Shown here piece after piece: positions 28,269-36,716 of a DNA stretch of 64,000 bases. How positions within the stretch are numbered: the stretch's first letter is position 1; each line of letters begins with the position of its first letter. The notes below the pieces were generated by a model that saw only the letters and a program-made list of their open reading frames with translations, was not told the DNA's origin and made no database searches. The position numbers and the translations under genes were made by a program. This DNA comes from Reyranella sp. (GTDB lineage Bacteria; Pseudomonadota; Alphaproteobacteria; Reyranellales; Reyranellaceae). The DNA lies in NCBI GenBank assembly GCA_035501235.1, contig DATJWN010000361.1, forward strand, positions 11,948 to 75,947, read 5' to 3'.

Positions 28269-28820
28269 CTACTGCGCCGCCTGCACTTCCAAGACTTCTG
28301 GCACGTAGTGCTTGAGAAGATTCTCGATGCCCATCTTCAACGTGGCCGTCGAGCTGGGGCAGCCCGAGCAGGAGCCCTGCATGTGCAGGTAGACCACGCC
28401 ATCACGGAAATCCTGGAAGATGATGTCGCCGCCGTCCTGGGCCACGGCCGGACGCACGCGTGTCTCGAGCAGATCCTTGATCTGGGCCACCACCTCATCG
28501 TCCTCGGCGGCGGCTTCGCCGGCCGGGCTGGTCTCGGCCGCGAGGACCGGTTCGCCGGAAGTGTAGTGCTCCATGATGCCGCCCAGGATGGAGGGCTTCA
28601 GGACCTGCCAGTCCTTGTCGGCCGCCTTGGTGACGGTGACGAAATCGGCGCCGAAGAAGACGCGCTCGACGCCTTCGACCGCGAACAGCCGCTTGGCCAG
28701 CGGCGAGGTGGAACCTGAATCGGCGGTCGCGAAATCCGCCGTGCCCTTCTCCATGACCACCCGGCCAGGGATGAACTTCAGGGTCGACGGGTTGGGCGTC
28801 TGCTCGGTCTGGATGAACAA
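28269..28820 (-). CDS. nfuA: NifU/NfuA Fe-S cluster carrier
   Basis: MFIQTEQTPNPSTLKFIPG, RVRPAVAQDGGDI, GSCSGCPSS; TTG start. Confidence 0.95.
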   Translation of the reverse strand: MFIQTEQTPNPSTLKFIPGRVVMEKGTADFATADSGSTSPLAKRLFAVEGVERVFFGADFVTVTKAADKDWQVLKPSILGGIMEHYTSGEPVLAAETSPAGEAAAEDDEVVAQIKDLLETRVRPAVAQDGGDIIFQDFRDGVVYLHMQGSCSGCPSSTATLKMGIENLLKHYVPEVLEVQAAQ

Positions 28821-29117
28821 ACTCGAACTCCTCGTTGGGGCGCGGGGGCCGCTCTTGGCCGGCGCCGCTCAGAGTGGGTGGGGACTGACGGGTTGTCGCA
28901 GGCCCCTGACTGGCACCGGAACTAGGAACCAACCGAGGCTCGATCAAGACGATTCTTTGGTCGCTCTGTATAAAGATTATGAAAAAATATATTATTATTA
29001 TTTTATATTAACGACTTAAGTAGATTTTCAGGCGAGACTCGCAAAGTTGCTATGCGTTCTACAAAGAGAGGTTGCCGGGATATCCCGCCAAAATGTCGCA
29101 GGAAATGGCGACAGTCT

Positions 29118-29603
29118 CTATGAAATTTCGTCGATCTCGGCCTCGGTCAGGACGCCCGGCACGATGGTGAGTGGGATGCGAAGCTGGTTCGCACCCTTGC
29201 CGGTGAAGGCCGTCACCAGAGGGCCTGGCCCCTCGCCGCTCGAAGCGCTGCCCAGCACCAGGACCGAGATCGAATGGTCCTGGGCGATCAGTTTCAGGAG
29301 TTCCTCCCGGGCGCTGCCCTCGCGGATATGGATCGACGGCGGCTGTCCGGTGAGCGAGGCGGCTGTCTCGGCATGGCGGGCGACCACCTGCTCGGCTTCC
29401 TGGCGGGCTTCCTGACGCATCAGGTCTGCGACCGTGCCCCATTGCTGGGCTTCCGGCGGCGCCATGACGTAGAGAAGCGCCACACGTCCGCCGGTCCGCT
29501 TGGCCCGACGGCAGGCATAATGGAGCGCCTTGCGCATTTCCGGGCTTTCGTCGACCACCACCAGGAAGACCCGTGCGGCTGGCTGGCTCGGCTGTATGGC
29601 CAT
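29118..29603 (-). CDS. Universal stress protein
   Basis: FLVVVDESPEMRKAL, LVLGS...GPGPLV, PLTIVPG. Confidence 0.9.
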   Translation of the reverse strand: MAIQPSQPAARVFLVVVDESPEMRKALHYACRRAKRTGGRVALLYVMAPPEAQQWGTVADLMRQEARQEAEQVVARHAETAASLTGQPPSIHIREGSAREELLKLIAQDHSISVLVLGSASSGEGPGPLVTAFTGKGANQLRIPLTIVPGVLTEAEIDEIS

Positions 29604-29627
29604 GGTTTCCCCCGTCCAATCGACCCG

Positions 29628-30461
29628 TCAGATCCGACGCATGACAGCGCCGCCCAGCCATCCGACCAGCAAGGCCATGGCGATGGCGCCCAAACCGTAG
29701 AACTCGCCCCAGCGGGTCGACCAGCCGGCCAGCCAGGCGCTGAACCCGACCTTGCTGACCGGCAACGGCCGCGACACCGCAGCGACGATCTTGCCGTCGC
29801 GCAGCAGATAGGCCCGGACGTCGTAGACGCCCTCCGGCAGCCGCGAGGGGAAGGGCAGTTCGGCCCGGAACAGCCGCCCGGCCTGCACCTGGACCTGGCC
29901 GATATCGGCCGGGTAGAGCCCCTGACGGCGCTTCACATCGACCAGCCCGACGCGGAAGCGGGTCAGTTCGGCATGGTCGCGCTCGCCGACCGATCGCACG
30001 CTCGCCAGCCGGTCCTCGAGCGACAGGATCTCGCCGCCCGTGCCCCGCGCCAGCAGGCGCTGGATGGGTTGGCTCGCCGCGATGAAGTAGTAGGCCGGCA
30101 CGTCCTCGAAAGCCTGCCGACCGGTATTGAGCCAGAGGCCGAGAAAACGCTCCTTGCGCAGCACGGTCTCGCGGGCCGGCGGCCCCGCCACCACGACAAC
30201 CACCTCGCCGGGCGGGTCGAACATGCCGAACAGCAACAGGCTCTCGCCCTGGAAGGCCGAGGTGATCGACACGCGGGCCTGCGCCAGATCCATGACAAGG
30301 TCGGGCGTCGCGGGCTCGGCCGGCACCGAGGGGGGCACCGTCGAATCGACCGGACCGCTGAAGTTCGGACCCGGCATCGCGCGCGGCGGCTCGGCGCGCT
30401 GGGCGAACGCCACGGAGGGCGCCAGCAGCAGCGCGAGCGCGAGCAGGAGCCCGCGCCTCAT
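29628..30461 (-). CDS. TIGR02186-like exported/membrane protein
   Basis: Signal peptide, VSITSAFQGESLLLFG, RKERFLGLWLN, LFRAELPFPSR..EGVY; coupled to the TauE gene. Confidence 0.8.
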   Translation of the reverse strand: MRRGLLLALALLLAPSVAFAQRAEPPRAMPGPNFSGPVDSTVPPSVPAEPATPDLVMDLAQARVSITSAFQGESLLLFGMFDPPGEVVVVVAGPPARETVLRKERFLGLWLNTGRQAFEDVPAYYFIAASQPIQRLLARGTGGEILSLEDRLASVRSVGERDHAELTRFRVGLVDVKRRQGLYPADIGQVQVQAGRLFRAELPFPSRLPEGVYDVRAYLLRDGKIVAAVSRPLPVSKVGFSAWLAGWSTRWGEFYGLGAIAMALLVGWLGGAVMRRI

Positions 30462-31384
30462 TGCGGCACCTCGCGCTGGCCGAGCGAATAGGGCGAGACG
30501 GGCGTGCGCAGGAGCTCGACCAACAGCTCGGTGGCCACGCCCAGCACCAGGACGGCCATCAGCCCGCGCAGCACCACACCCGGCAGCCGGGAAGCGATAC
30601 GGGCGCCGATGGGAGCACCGACCACGCCCCCCAGGATCAGCAGCAGCGCCAGCACGACATCGACCGTGCCGTTGGTCGTCGCCTGCAGGAAGGTGACATT
30701 GGCCGCCACGAACAGGATCTGGAAGTTGGACGTGCCGATCACGACGGTCGTCGGCATGCCGAGCAGGTAGATCATCGCCGGCACCAGCACGAAGCCGCCG
30801 CCCACGCCCAGGATCGCCGAGAGCACGCCGATCGAGAAGCCCAGCCCCAGCGGCAGCAGAGCGCTGATGTAGAGCTTGGACTTGTAGAACCGCATCTTGA
30901 GCGGCAGGCGATGCACCAGGTAGTGCGTGTGCAGTTTCCCGCGCGGCGCTTCGGGATGCCGGTGGGTCTTGAACCAGGTACGGAGACTCTCGGCCAGCAT
31001 CAGCGCGCCGATGCCGGACAGCATCACCACGTAGAGCACGGCGATCACGAAATCGATCTGGCCGATGCGCTTCAGGTAGGTGAACAGGGTGACGCCGGCC
31101 GACGAGCCGACCATGCCGCCCAGCAGCAGGATAAGTCCCATGCGCAGATCGACATTGCCGCGCCGCCACTGGACCTGCAGCGAGGAGATCGAGTTGGCCA
31201 CGACCTGGTTGGCCTGGCTCGCCACCGCGACGGCGGGCGGGATGCCGACGAAGATCAGGAGCGGCGTCGCGAGAAAGCCGCCGCCCACGCCGAACATGCC
31301 GGCCAACAGGCCCGCGGCGCCGCCCAGCGCGAGCAGGATGAACATGTTCATCGACTGCTCGGCGATGGGCAGATAGATCTCCAC
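30458..31384 (-). CDS. TauE/SafE family sulfite exporter-like membrane protein
   Basis: MEIYLPIAE, GMFGVGGGFLATPLL, AILGVGGGFVLVPAMIYLLG. Confidence 0.9.
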   Translation of the reverse strand: MEIYLPIAEQSMNMFILLALGGAAGLLAGMFGVGGGFLATPLLIFVGIPPAVAVASQANQVVANSISSLQVQWRRGNVDLRMGLILLLGGMVGSSAGVTLFTYLKRIGQIDFVIAVLYVVMLSGIGALMLAESLRTWFKTHRHPEAPRGKLHTHYLVHRLPLKMRFYKSKLYISALLPLGLGFSIGVLSAILGVGGGFVLVPAMIYLLGMPTTVVIGTSNFQILFVAANVTFLQATTNGTVDVVLALLLILGGVVGAPIGARIASRLPGVVLRGLMAVLVLGVATELLVELLRTPVSPYSLGQREVPQ

Positions 31385-31391
31385 GCCAGCC

Positions 31392-32420
31392 CTACTTCTG
31401 CAGGATGCCGCTGATTTCGCGCAGCTGGGTGCGCGCGCGCAGCAGGTAGAAGCCCTGCGCCGCGAGATGATTGGGGATCAGGAGCCCGTCGGGGTAGCCG
31501 TTCCACACGATCCAGGGATGCAGCTCGGCGGCGACCCGGAAGGTCTCGACCGTCTGGTTCCAGGCGTTGGCGAGGTCGCGTTCCTTGATGACGTTCTGGA
31601 AGTCCGCGCCCAACTCGCGCATCAGCAGGTAGTTGGCGTAGAGCCGGCCCTTGTTGAAGTAGAAGATGTCGTCGCAGTGCGTGTCGAAAATGTCGCCGCC
31701 CTTCTCGATGATCTGCCGGTCGCTCACCGCCGAATCGGAGCCGATGTCGTTGGCAATGCGATCGATCAGCGCCTGGAGATTGTCGGCCCGGCGCTCGAAC
31801 ACCGCCTGGCCCGCCGCCACGCGCTTGTTGTAGGCGATCAGCCGCTCGCGGCCGGCGCGGTATTTCTGCGCCGAGGTCGCCGACGGCAGGAACGAGACCG
31901 AGGGCTGCCACAGCCAGATGGTCGGCTGCTCATTGAGGAAGCCGCGCGCCTGCTCGAGGTCGCGATCGACCTGGCTCGAGCCGCGCGTGCGGCCGACCTG
32001 GTCCATCAGTTCGGTCGAGAAGCGTCCCAGCGCTGCGATGATGCCGCGCTGATAGTTCGGCATGTTGTCGAGGATGGCGGCCGGCATGAAGAAGGGCTGC
32101 ATCGGCGTCCACTGATGGACATCGACCTCGCGCCGCACCAGCTCGGCCGTGATGGCGACCGCGCGGCTCTCGCCGGGCGCCACATTCTGCGGCGCGAACT
32201 GCGGATCGTCGTCGATATCCTCGACGATCAGCGCGCCCAGCGGATAGTAAAGAACCAGCAATACGACGATCACGCGCAGTGTCCAGCCGAGAACCCGCCA
32301 GCGCCTGGCGGGCGCGCCGGCACCGGCCACTGCGGGGCGAAACCGCACGCGCTGTCCGAGACGACGCCACCATGACAATCGAGGGGGCGGCGTCGCGCCG
32401 TGATCGGGTTCGAAGGTCAT
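31392..32420 (-). CDS. DUF2333 family protein
   Basis: N-terminal anchor, LDNMPNYQRG, FERRADNL, HLAAQGFYLLRARTQL; usual neighbour of TauE/TIGR02186. Confidence 0.75.
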   Translation of the reverse strand: MTFEPDHGATPPPRLSWWRRLGQRVRFRPAVAGAGAPARRWRVLGWTLRVIVVLLVLYYPLGALIVEDIDDDPQFAPQNVAPGESRAVAITAELVRREVDVHQWTPMQPFFMPAAILDNMPNYQRGIIAALGRFSTELMDQVGRTRGSSQVDRDLEQARGFLNEQPTIWLWQPSVSFLPSATSAQKYRAGRERLIAYNKRVAAGQAVFERRADNLQALIDRIANDIGSDSAVSDRQIIEKGGDIFDTHCDDIFYFNKGRLYANYLLMRELGADFQNVIKERDLANAWNQTVETFRVAAELHPWIVWNGYPDGLLIPNHLAAQGFYLLRARTQLREISGILQK

Positions 32421-32481
32421 GCCGCACAGTACCTCAGCGCTCTTCTCGACCGAAGCACTACGAGCCCTTTAGAGTGCCGCC

Positions 32482-33432
32482 ATGGCACTCGATCCCGAAA
32501 CCCAGCGACTCCTCGATCTCATGGCCGCGGCCAACCGGCCGGCCTGGCACACGCTTTCCCCGCAGGCGGCGCGCGAGCTCTATCTTTCCCTGAGACCGCC
32601 CGCGCAGGGACCGCGGCCCGACGGTGTCGCCATCGGCAATCGCAGCATCCCGGGCCCCGGTGGCAACATCCCCGTCCGCTTCTATCGGCCGGAGACGGCG
32701 ACGAGCGACGCGCGCCTGCCGGGCCTCGTCTACGCCCATGGCGGCGGCTGGGTGTTCGGCAATCTCGAGAGCCACGACGTGCTCTGCGCCCAGCTCGCGC
32801 TCGAAGCGGGCATCGCCGTGGCCGCGGTCGACTATCGCCTTGCCCCCGAGACGCGCTTCCCCGGCGCCTTCGACGATGTAATCGCCGTCCTGAAGTGGGT
32901 GACGTCACACGGCGCCTCGGTCGGCATCGACGCCAATCGCCTCGCCGTCGGCGGCGACAGCGCCGGCGGCAACCTCGCCGCGGCGGCCGCCCTCTGGGCG
33001 CGCGACAACGGTGTGAAGCTCCGCATGCAGCTCCTGGCCTACCCCGTGCTCGACGCCGTGGGGCGCACGGAGTCCTATCGCCTCTTCTATGACGGCTACG
33101 GCCTGGGCGGCGAGACGATGGAATGGTTCTTCGACCACTACACGCCCGACAAGGCCACGCGCGGCGACTGGCGGATCTCGCCCCTGCGCGCGCAATCGGT
33201 CGCCAACCTCGCGCCAGCGCTGGTGGTCACCGCAGGCTACGACCCGCTGCGCGACGAAGGCCGCGCCTATGCCTGGCGCTTGCAGAAGGAAGGCACGGTC
33301 TGCGATCTCGTCGAGTTCGGCGGCATGCTGCACGGGTTCCTGAGCTCGCCCATGCTCCTGCACGGCGCCCGCCGCGGCACGGCACTCTGCGCGGCGGCAT
33401 TGCGGGAAGCGCTGGTGCTCAGAGGTCAGTGA
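32482..33432 (+). CDS. Alpha/beta hydrolase, hormone-sensitive-lipase-type esterase
   Basis: HGGGW, DYRLAPE, GDSAGG, DPLRDEG, HGF. Confidence 0.94.
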   Translation: MALDPETQRLLDLMAAANRPAWHTLSPQAARELYLSLRPPAQGPRPDGVAIGNRSIPGPGGNIPVRFYRPETATSDARLPGLVYAHGGGWVFGNLESHDVLCAQLALEAGIAVAAVDYRLAPETRFPGAFDDVIAVLKWVTSHGASVGIDANRLAVGGDSAGGNLAAAAALWARDNGVKLRMQLLAYPVLDAVGRTESYRLFYDGYGLGGETMEWFFDHYTPDKATRGDWRISPLRAQSVANLAPALVVTAGYDPLRDEGRAYAWRLQKEGTVCDLVEFGGMLHGFLSSPMLLHGARRGTALCAAALREALVLRGQ

Positions 33433-33446
33433 CGGAGGACAAAGCC

Positions 33447-33647
33447 TCAGTCGGGCTTGGCCTTCTTCACGCAGATCGGATCGCCCTTGCCGGGGTAGGT
33501 GCAGGTCCAGTCAGGGCCGAGCGTCGATTGCGTGCCGGTGAAACGCGAATAGCCCGGCCAGACGATATAGCCGACGATCAGGCCGGCCACGATGACCGCG
33601 GCCACCGCCGCACCGGCGATGTCCTTGCGCGAGATCAGCCGCCACAT
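33447..33647 (-). CDS. Small single-pass membrane protein, 66 aa
   Basis: MWRLISRKDIAGAAVAAVIVAGLIVGYIVW transmembrane helix, then GPDWTCTYPGKGDPICVKK; host-like codon usage; fills the gap after gloB. Confidence 0.6.
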   Translation of the reverse strand: MWRLISRKDIAGAAVAAVIVAGLIVGYIVWPGYSRFTGTQSTLGPDWTCTYPGKGDPICVKKAKPD

Positions 33648-33657
33648 CGTCGGAACC

Positions 33658-34434
33658 CTAGCGGAACACGTCCTTGCGGTGACGGACCTCGGCGAAGACC
33701 GAGGCCGGGTCCTTGCCGACCATGCCGACGGCCTTCTGGAGGCTGGCCAAGTCGGCGCGCAGGAAGGGGTTGGTCTGCTTCTCCTCGCCGAGCAGCGAGG
33801 GCACCGTCGCCTCGTTGCGGGCGCGGGCGGCGTCGACGCTCGCGCGGCGTGCCAGGAGCTGCTGGTTGTCGGTCTCGATGGTGACGGCGAACTTGGCGTT
33901 CGACTGCGTGTACTCGTGCGCGCAATAGACCCGCATATCGTCGGGCAGCGCGCGCAGGCGCTCGAGCGAGTGCCAGAATTGCTGCGGCGTGCCCTCGAAC
34001 ATCTTGCCGCAGCCCAGCGCGAAGATCGTGTCGCCGCAGAACAGCGCCCGCTGGTCGCGGAAGGCGTAGGCGATATGGCCGGAGGTGTGGCCCGGGATGA
34101 AGAACACCTCGGACTCGGCCTCGCCGAAGCGGAAGCGGTCGCCGTCCTCGACAGCAACATCGATGTCGGGGATGCGGGCCTTGTCGCGGCCATGCGCCAC
34201 GATCTTGCAGCCGGTCGCGTCCTTGATCTCGCGATTACCGCCGATGTGATCGCCGTGATGATGCGTGTTCAGGATATGGGTGATCTTCCAGTGCCGCTTG
34301 TCGGCCTCGGCCAGCACGGGGCCGGCCACGGCGGGATCGACGACGCCCACGCAACCACTCTGCGGCTCGCGCATTAGCCACACGTAGTTGTCGCTCAGGA
34401 CGGGGATTCGGACGATTTCGAGGGTTGTGCTCAT
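33658..34434 (-). CDS. gloB: Hydroxyacylglutathione hydrolase (glyoxalase II)
   Basis: DNYVW, THHHGDHIGG, PGHTSGH, FCGDT, CAHEYT, EKQTNPFLR. Confidence 0.96.
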   Translation of the reverse strand: MSTTLEIVRIPVLSDNYVWLMREPQSGCVGVVDPAVAGPVLAEADKRHWKITHILNTHHHGDHIGGNREIKDATGCKIVAHGRDKARIPDIDVAVEDGDRFRFGEAESEVFFIPGHTSGHIAYAFRDQRALFCGDTIFALGCGKMFEGTPQQFWHSLERLRALPDDMRVYCAHEYTQSNAKFAVTIETDNQQLLARRASVDAARARNEATVPSLLGEEKQTNPFLRADLASLQKAVGMVGKDPASVFAEVRHRKDVFR

Positions 34435-34506
34435 GAGGGGACCCTAACAAAGCAGCCTTGCACCCGCCAATGGCTGCAACGGCGCGATTTCTGCTAGGAT
34501 AGCGAT

Positions 34507-35280
34507 ATGTGGACGGACGTCCTCGATCTCAACGAATTTTACGGCACGACGCTGGGTCAAATGACCGTGCGCCTGCTCCGCGCGCGCCTGCGCGAGGTGT
34601 GGCCCAACGTGCGCGGCGAGACCGTCCTGGGCCTGGGCTACGCGACGCCTTTCCTGCGCCCCTTCCGTGAGGAAGCCCAACGCACCCTCGCCTTCATGCC
34701 GGCCCAGCAGGGCGTCACCCGCTGGCCGCGCGAGGGCAGCAACCTCACGACCCTGGTCGACGAACTGGACCTGCCGCTGCCCGACCGTTCGGTCGATAGA
34801 GTGTTGCTGGTCCATGCCGTCGAGTGCACCGAACAGCTCCGCCCCTTCCTGCGCGAGATCTGGCGGGTGATGGCCGATGGCGGCCGGCTGATCACGATTA
34901 TGCCGACCCGCGGCGGCCTGTGGTCCCAGCTCGATCGTTCTCCCTTCTACCAGGGCAATCCCTACTCGCCCGGCCAGATCAACGCGCTGCTCCGCGCCAA
35001 CATGTTCGCGCCCATGCGCCAGACGCGCGCGCTCTACATGCCGCCCACCCATTCGCGGCTGATGCTGCGCGCGGCGCCCACGATCGAGCGCTGGGGTCGT
35101 CGCTGGCTCGGCCGCTTCGCCGGCGTGAGCGTCACCGAGGCGGGCAAGCAGCTCTATGCCGGCATCGCCGAGCGTCATGCGCCTCCGGTGGCCGTGGCCC
35201 GGCCCAAGCTGCGCATCGCCGCGTCGCGCGACACGCAAGCGGCGCGAAACAGAGAGGATGGCGAAGCGCCCGCCTCCTGA
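34507..35280 (+). CDS. Class I SAM-dependent methyltransferase (YafS-like)
   Basis: MWTDVLDLNEFY, VLGLGYATP, LPLPDRSVDRVLLVH; divergent from gloB. Confidence 0.85.
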   Translation: MWTDVLDLNEFYGTTLGQMTVRLLRARLREVWPNVRGETVLGLGYATPFLRPFREEAQRTLAFMPAQQGVTRWPREGSNLTTLVDELDLPLPDRSVDRVLLVHAVECTEQLRPFLREIWRVMADGGRLITIMPTRGGLWSQLDRSPFYQGNPYSPGQINALLRANMFAPMRQTRALYMPPTHSRLMLRAAPTIERWGRRWLGRFAGVSVTEAGKQLYAGIAERHAPPVAVARPKLRIAASRDTQAARNREDGEAPAS

Positions 35281-35292
35281 TAGTTTCGGCGC

Positions 35293-36231
35293 ATGACAAT
35301 CGATCCCAAGGTCATCGCCCTGCTGGGCTTCGGCGAAGCAGGCTCCGCCATCGCGCGCGGCCTTGCGGCTGAAGGCGGCTGGCGCGGCCCCAGCAAGCCG
35401 GGCGACAACGCCCCGCGCCGCGTGATCGCCATCGACACCGCGCTCGACAAGGACGCGCGCGGCACCGCCCTCGGCAAGGAAGCGCGCCGGCTCGATGTCG
35501 CGATCGCCGACAGCTACACCGAGGCGCTCTCCGAGGCCGATCTCGTCATCTGCGCCGTGCAGGGTGAGCATGCGCTCGGCGCCGCCAGCTCTGCCGCGCC
35601 ACTGCTCAAGAAGGGCGCGCACTATCTCGACCTCTGCACTGTCACCGGCAAGATGTCGGACGAAGATCGCGCACCGATCGAAGCAGCCGGCGGCCGCTAC
35701 ATCGACATCGCGGTGATGGGCGGCTTCTTCGCCTCGGGCATCAAGGCGCCCATGCTGGTCGCCGGCGTCGATGCCGAGCCGACAGTCGCCTGGATGAACG
35801 CCAACGGCTTCAAGACGACCTATCTCGGACCGCGGCCGGGCTCGGCTTCGTCGGTCAAGATGCTGCGCTCGGTCATCATGAAGGGCATCGAGGCTCTGGC
35901 CGTGGAGTGTTTCGTCACCGCCGAACGTCAGGGGATCCTCAAGGAAGTGATGGATTGCCTGGGTGACGTCGACGCCAAGACCTTCTCCGGCACGCTTGCC
36001 ATGCTGACGCAGACCCACATCGTCCATGCCGAGCGGCGCTGGGAGGAGATGGGTCTCGTGGCGCAGACCTTGCGCGAGACCGGCGTCGATCCGTTGATGA
36101 CCACCGCCATCGAAAAGAGCCATCGCCGTACGGTGGAAGCCAAGGTCGCGCCGGCCGATGGCAAGGTGCCGCCGATAGACGAGGCGCTGAAGCTTCTGTC
36201 GGAGAAGGTCGTCCGTGGCCAATCAAGATGA
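35293..36231 (+). CDS. NAD(P)-dependent oxidoreductase (3-hydroxyisobutyrate/6-phosphogluconate dehydrogenase-like, DUF1932)
   Basis: IALLGFGEAG, YIDIAVMG, ASSVKMLRSVIMKG, HAERRWEEM. Confidence 0.85.
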   Translation: MTIDPKVIALLGFGEAGSAIARGLAAEGGWRGPSKPGDNAPRRVIAIDTALDKDARGTALGKEARRLDVAIADSYTEALSEADLVICAVQGEHALGAASSAAPLLKKGAHYLDLCTVTGKMSDEDRAPIEAAGGRYIDIAVMGGFFASGIKAPMLVAGVDAEPTVAWMNANGFKTTYLGPRPGSASSVKMLRSVIMKGIEALAVECFVTAERQGILKEVMDCLGDVDAKTFSGTLAMLTQTHIVHAERRWEEMGLVAQTLRETGVDPLMTTAIEKSHRRTVEAKVAPADGKVPPIDEALKLLSEKVVRGQSR

Positions 36232-36716
36232 CAGGTGAGGTCTTCGATCGGCTCGTCGAGTTGCTGAGCGACGCCAAGGCCAAGTTCCGTGTCATCGAGC
36301 ACGAGGCCGAGGGCCGCTCGGAGAAGATCAGCGTCATCCGCGGCAACAAACCCGACCAGGCCGCCAAGGCCATGGTCCTCGATGTGCGCGGCGGAGGCGG
36401 CGGCCGGCGCGCGGTGCTGGCCATCCTGCCGGGCAGCCGCAAGCTCGACTTCAATGCCGTGGCCGCTCTCTTCGAGGCGCGCAAGTGCGGCTTCGCCTCG
36501 CCCGAGACGGCGCAGCAGTTGACGGGCTGCGTGATGGGCGCCGTGCCGCCCTTCTCGCTCAATCCCGATCTCGCGATCGTGGTCGACGAGGACCTGCTGG
36601 CCAACGACACGCTGTTCTTCAATGCCGGCCGTCTCGACCGCTCCATGGAGCTCGACACCAAGGACTGGCTGGCCGTCGCCAAGCCGCGCGTGGGCAAGAT
36701 TGCCAGCCCTGCCTGA
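36228..36716 (+). CDS. YbaK/prolyl-tRNA editing domain protein
   Basis: AAKAMV, TGCVMGAVPPF, FNAGRLDRS. Confidence 0.9.
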   Translation: MTGEVFDRLVELLSDAKAKFRVIEHEAEGRSEKISVIRGNKPDQAAKAMVLDVRGGGGGRRAVLAILPGSRKLDFNAVAALFEARKCGFASPETAQQLTGCVMGAVPPFSLNPDLAIVVDEDLLANDTLFFNAGRLDRSMELDTKDWLAVAKPRVGKIASPA

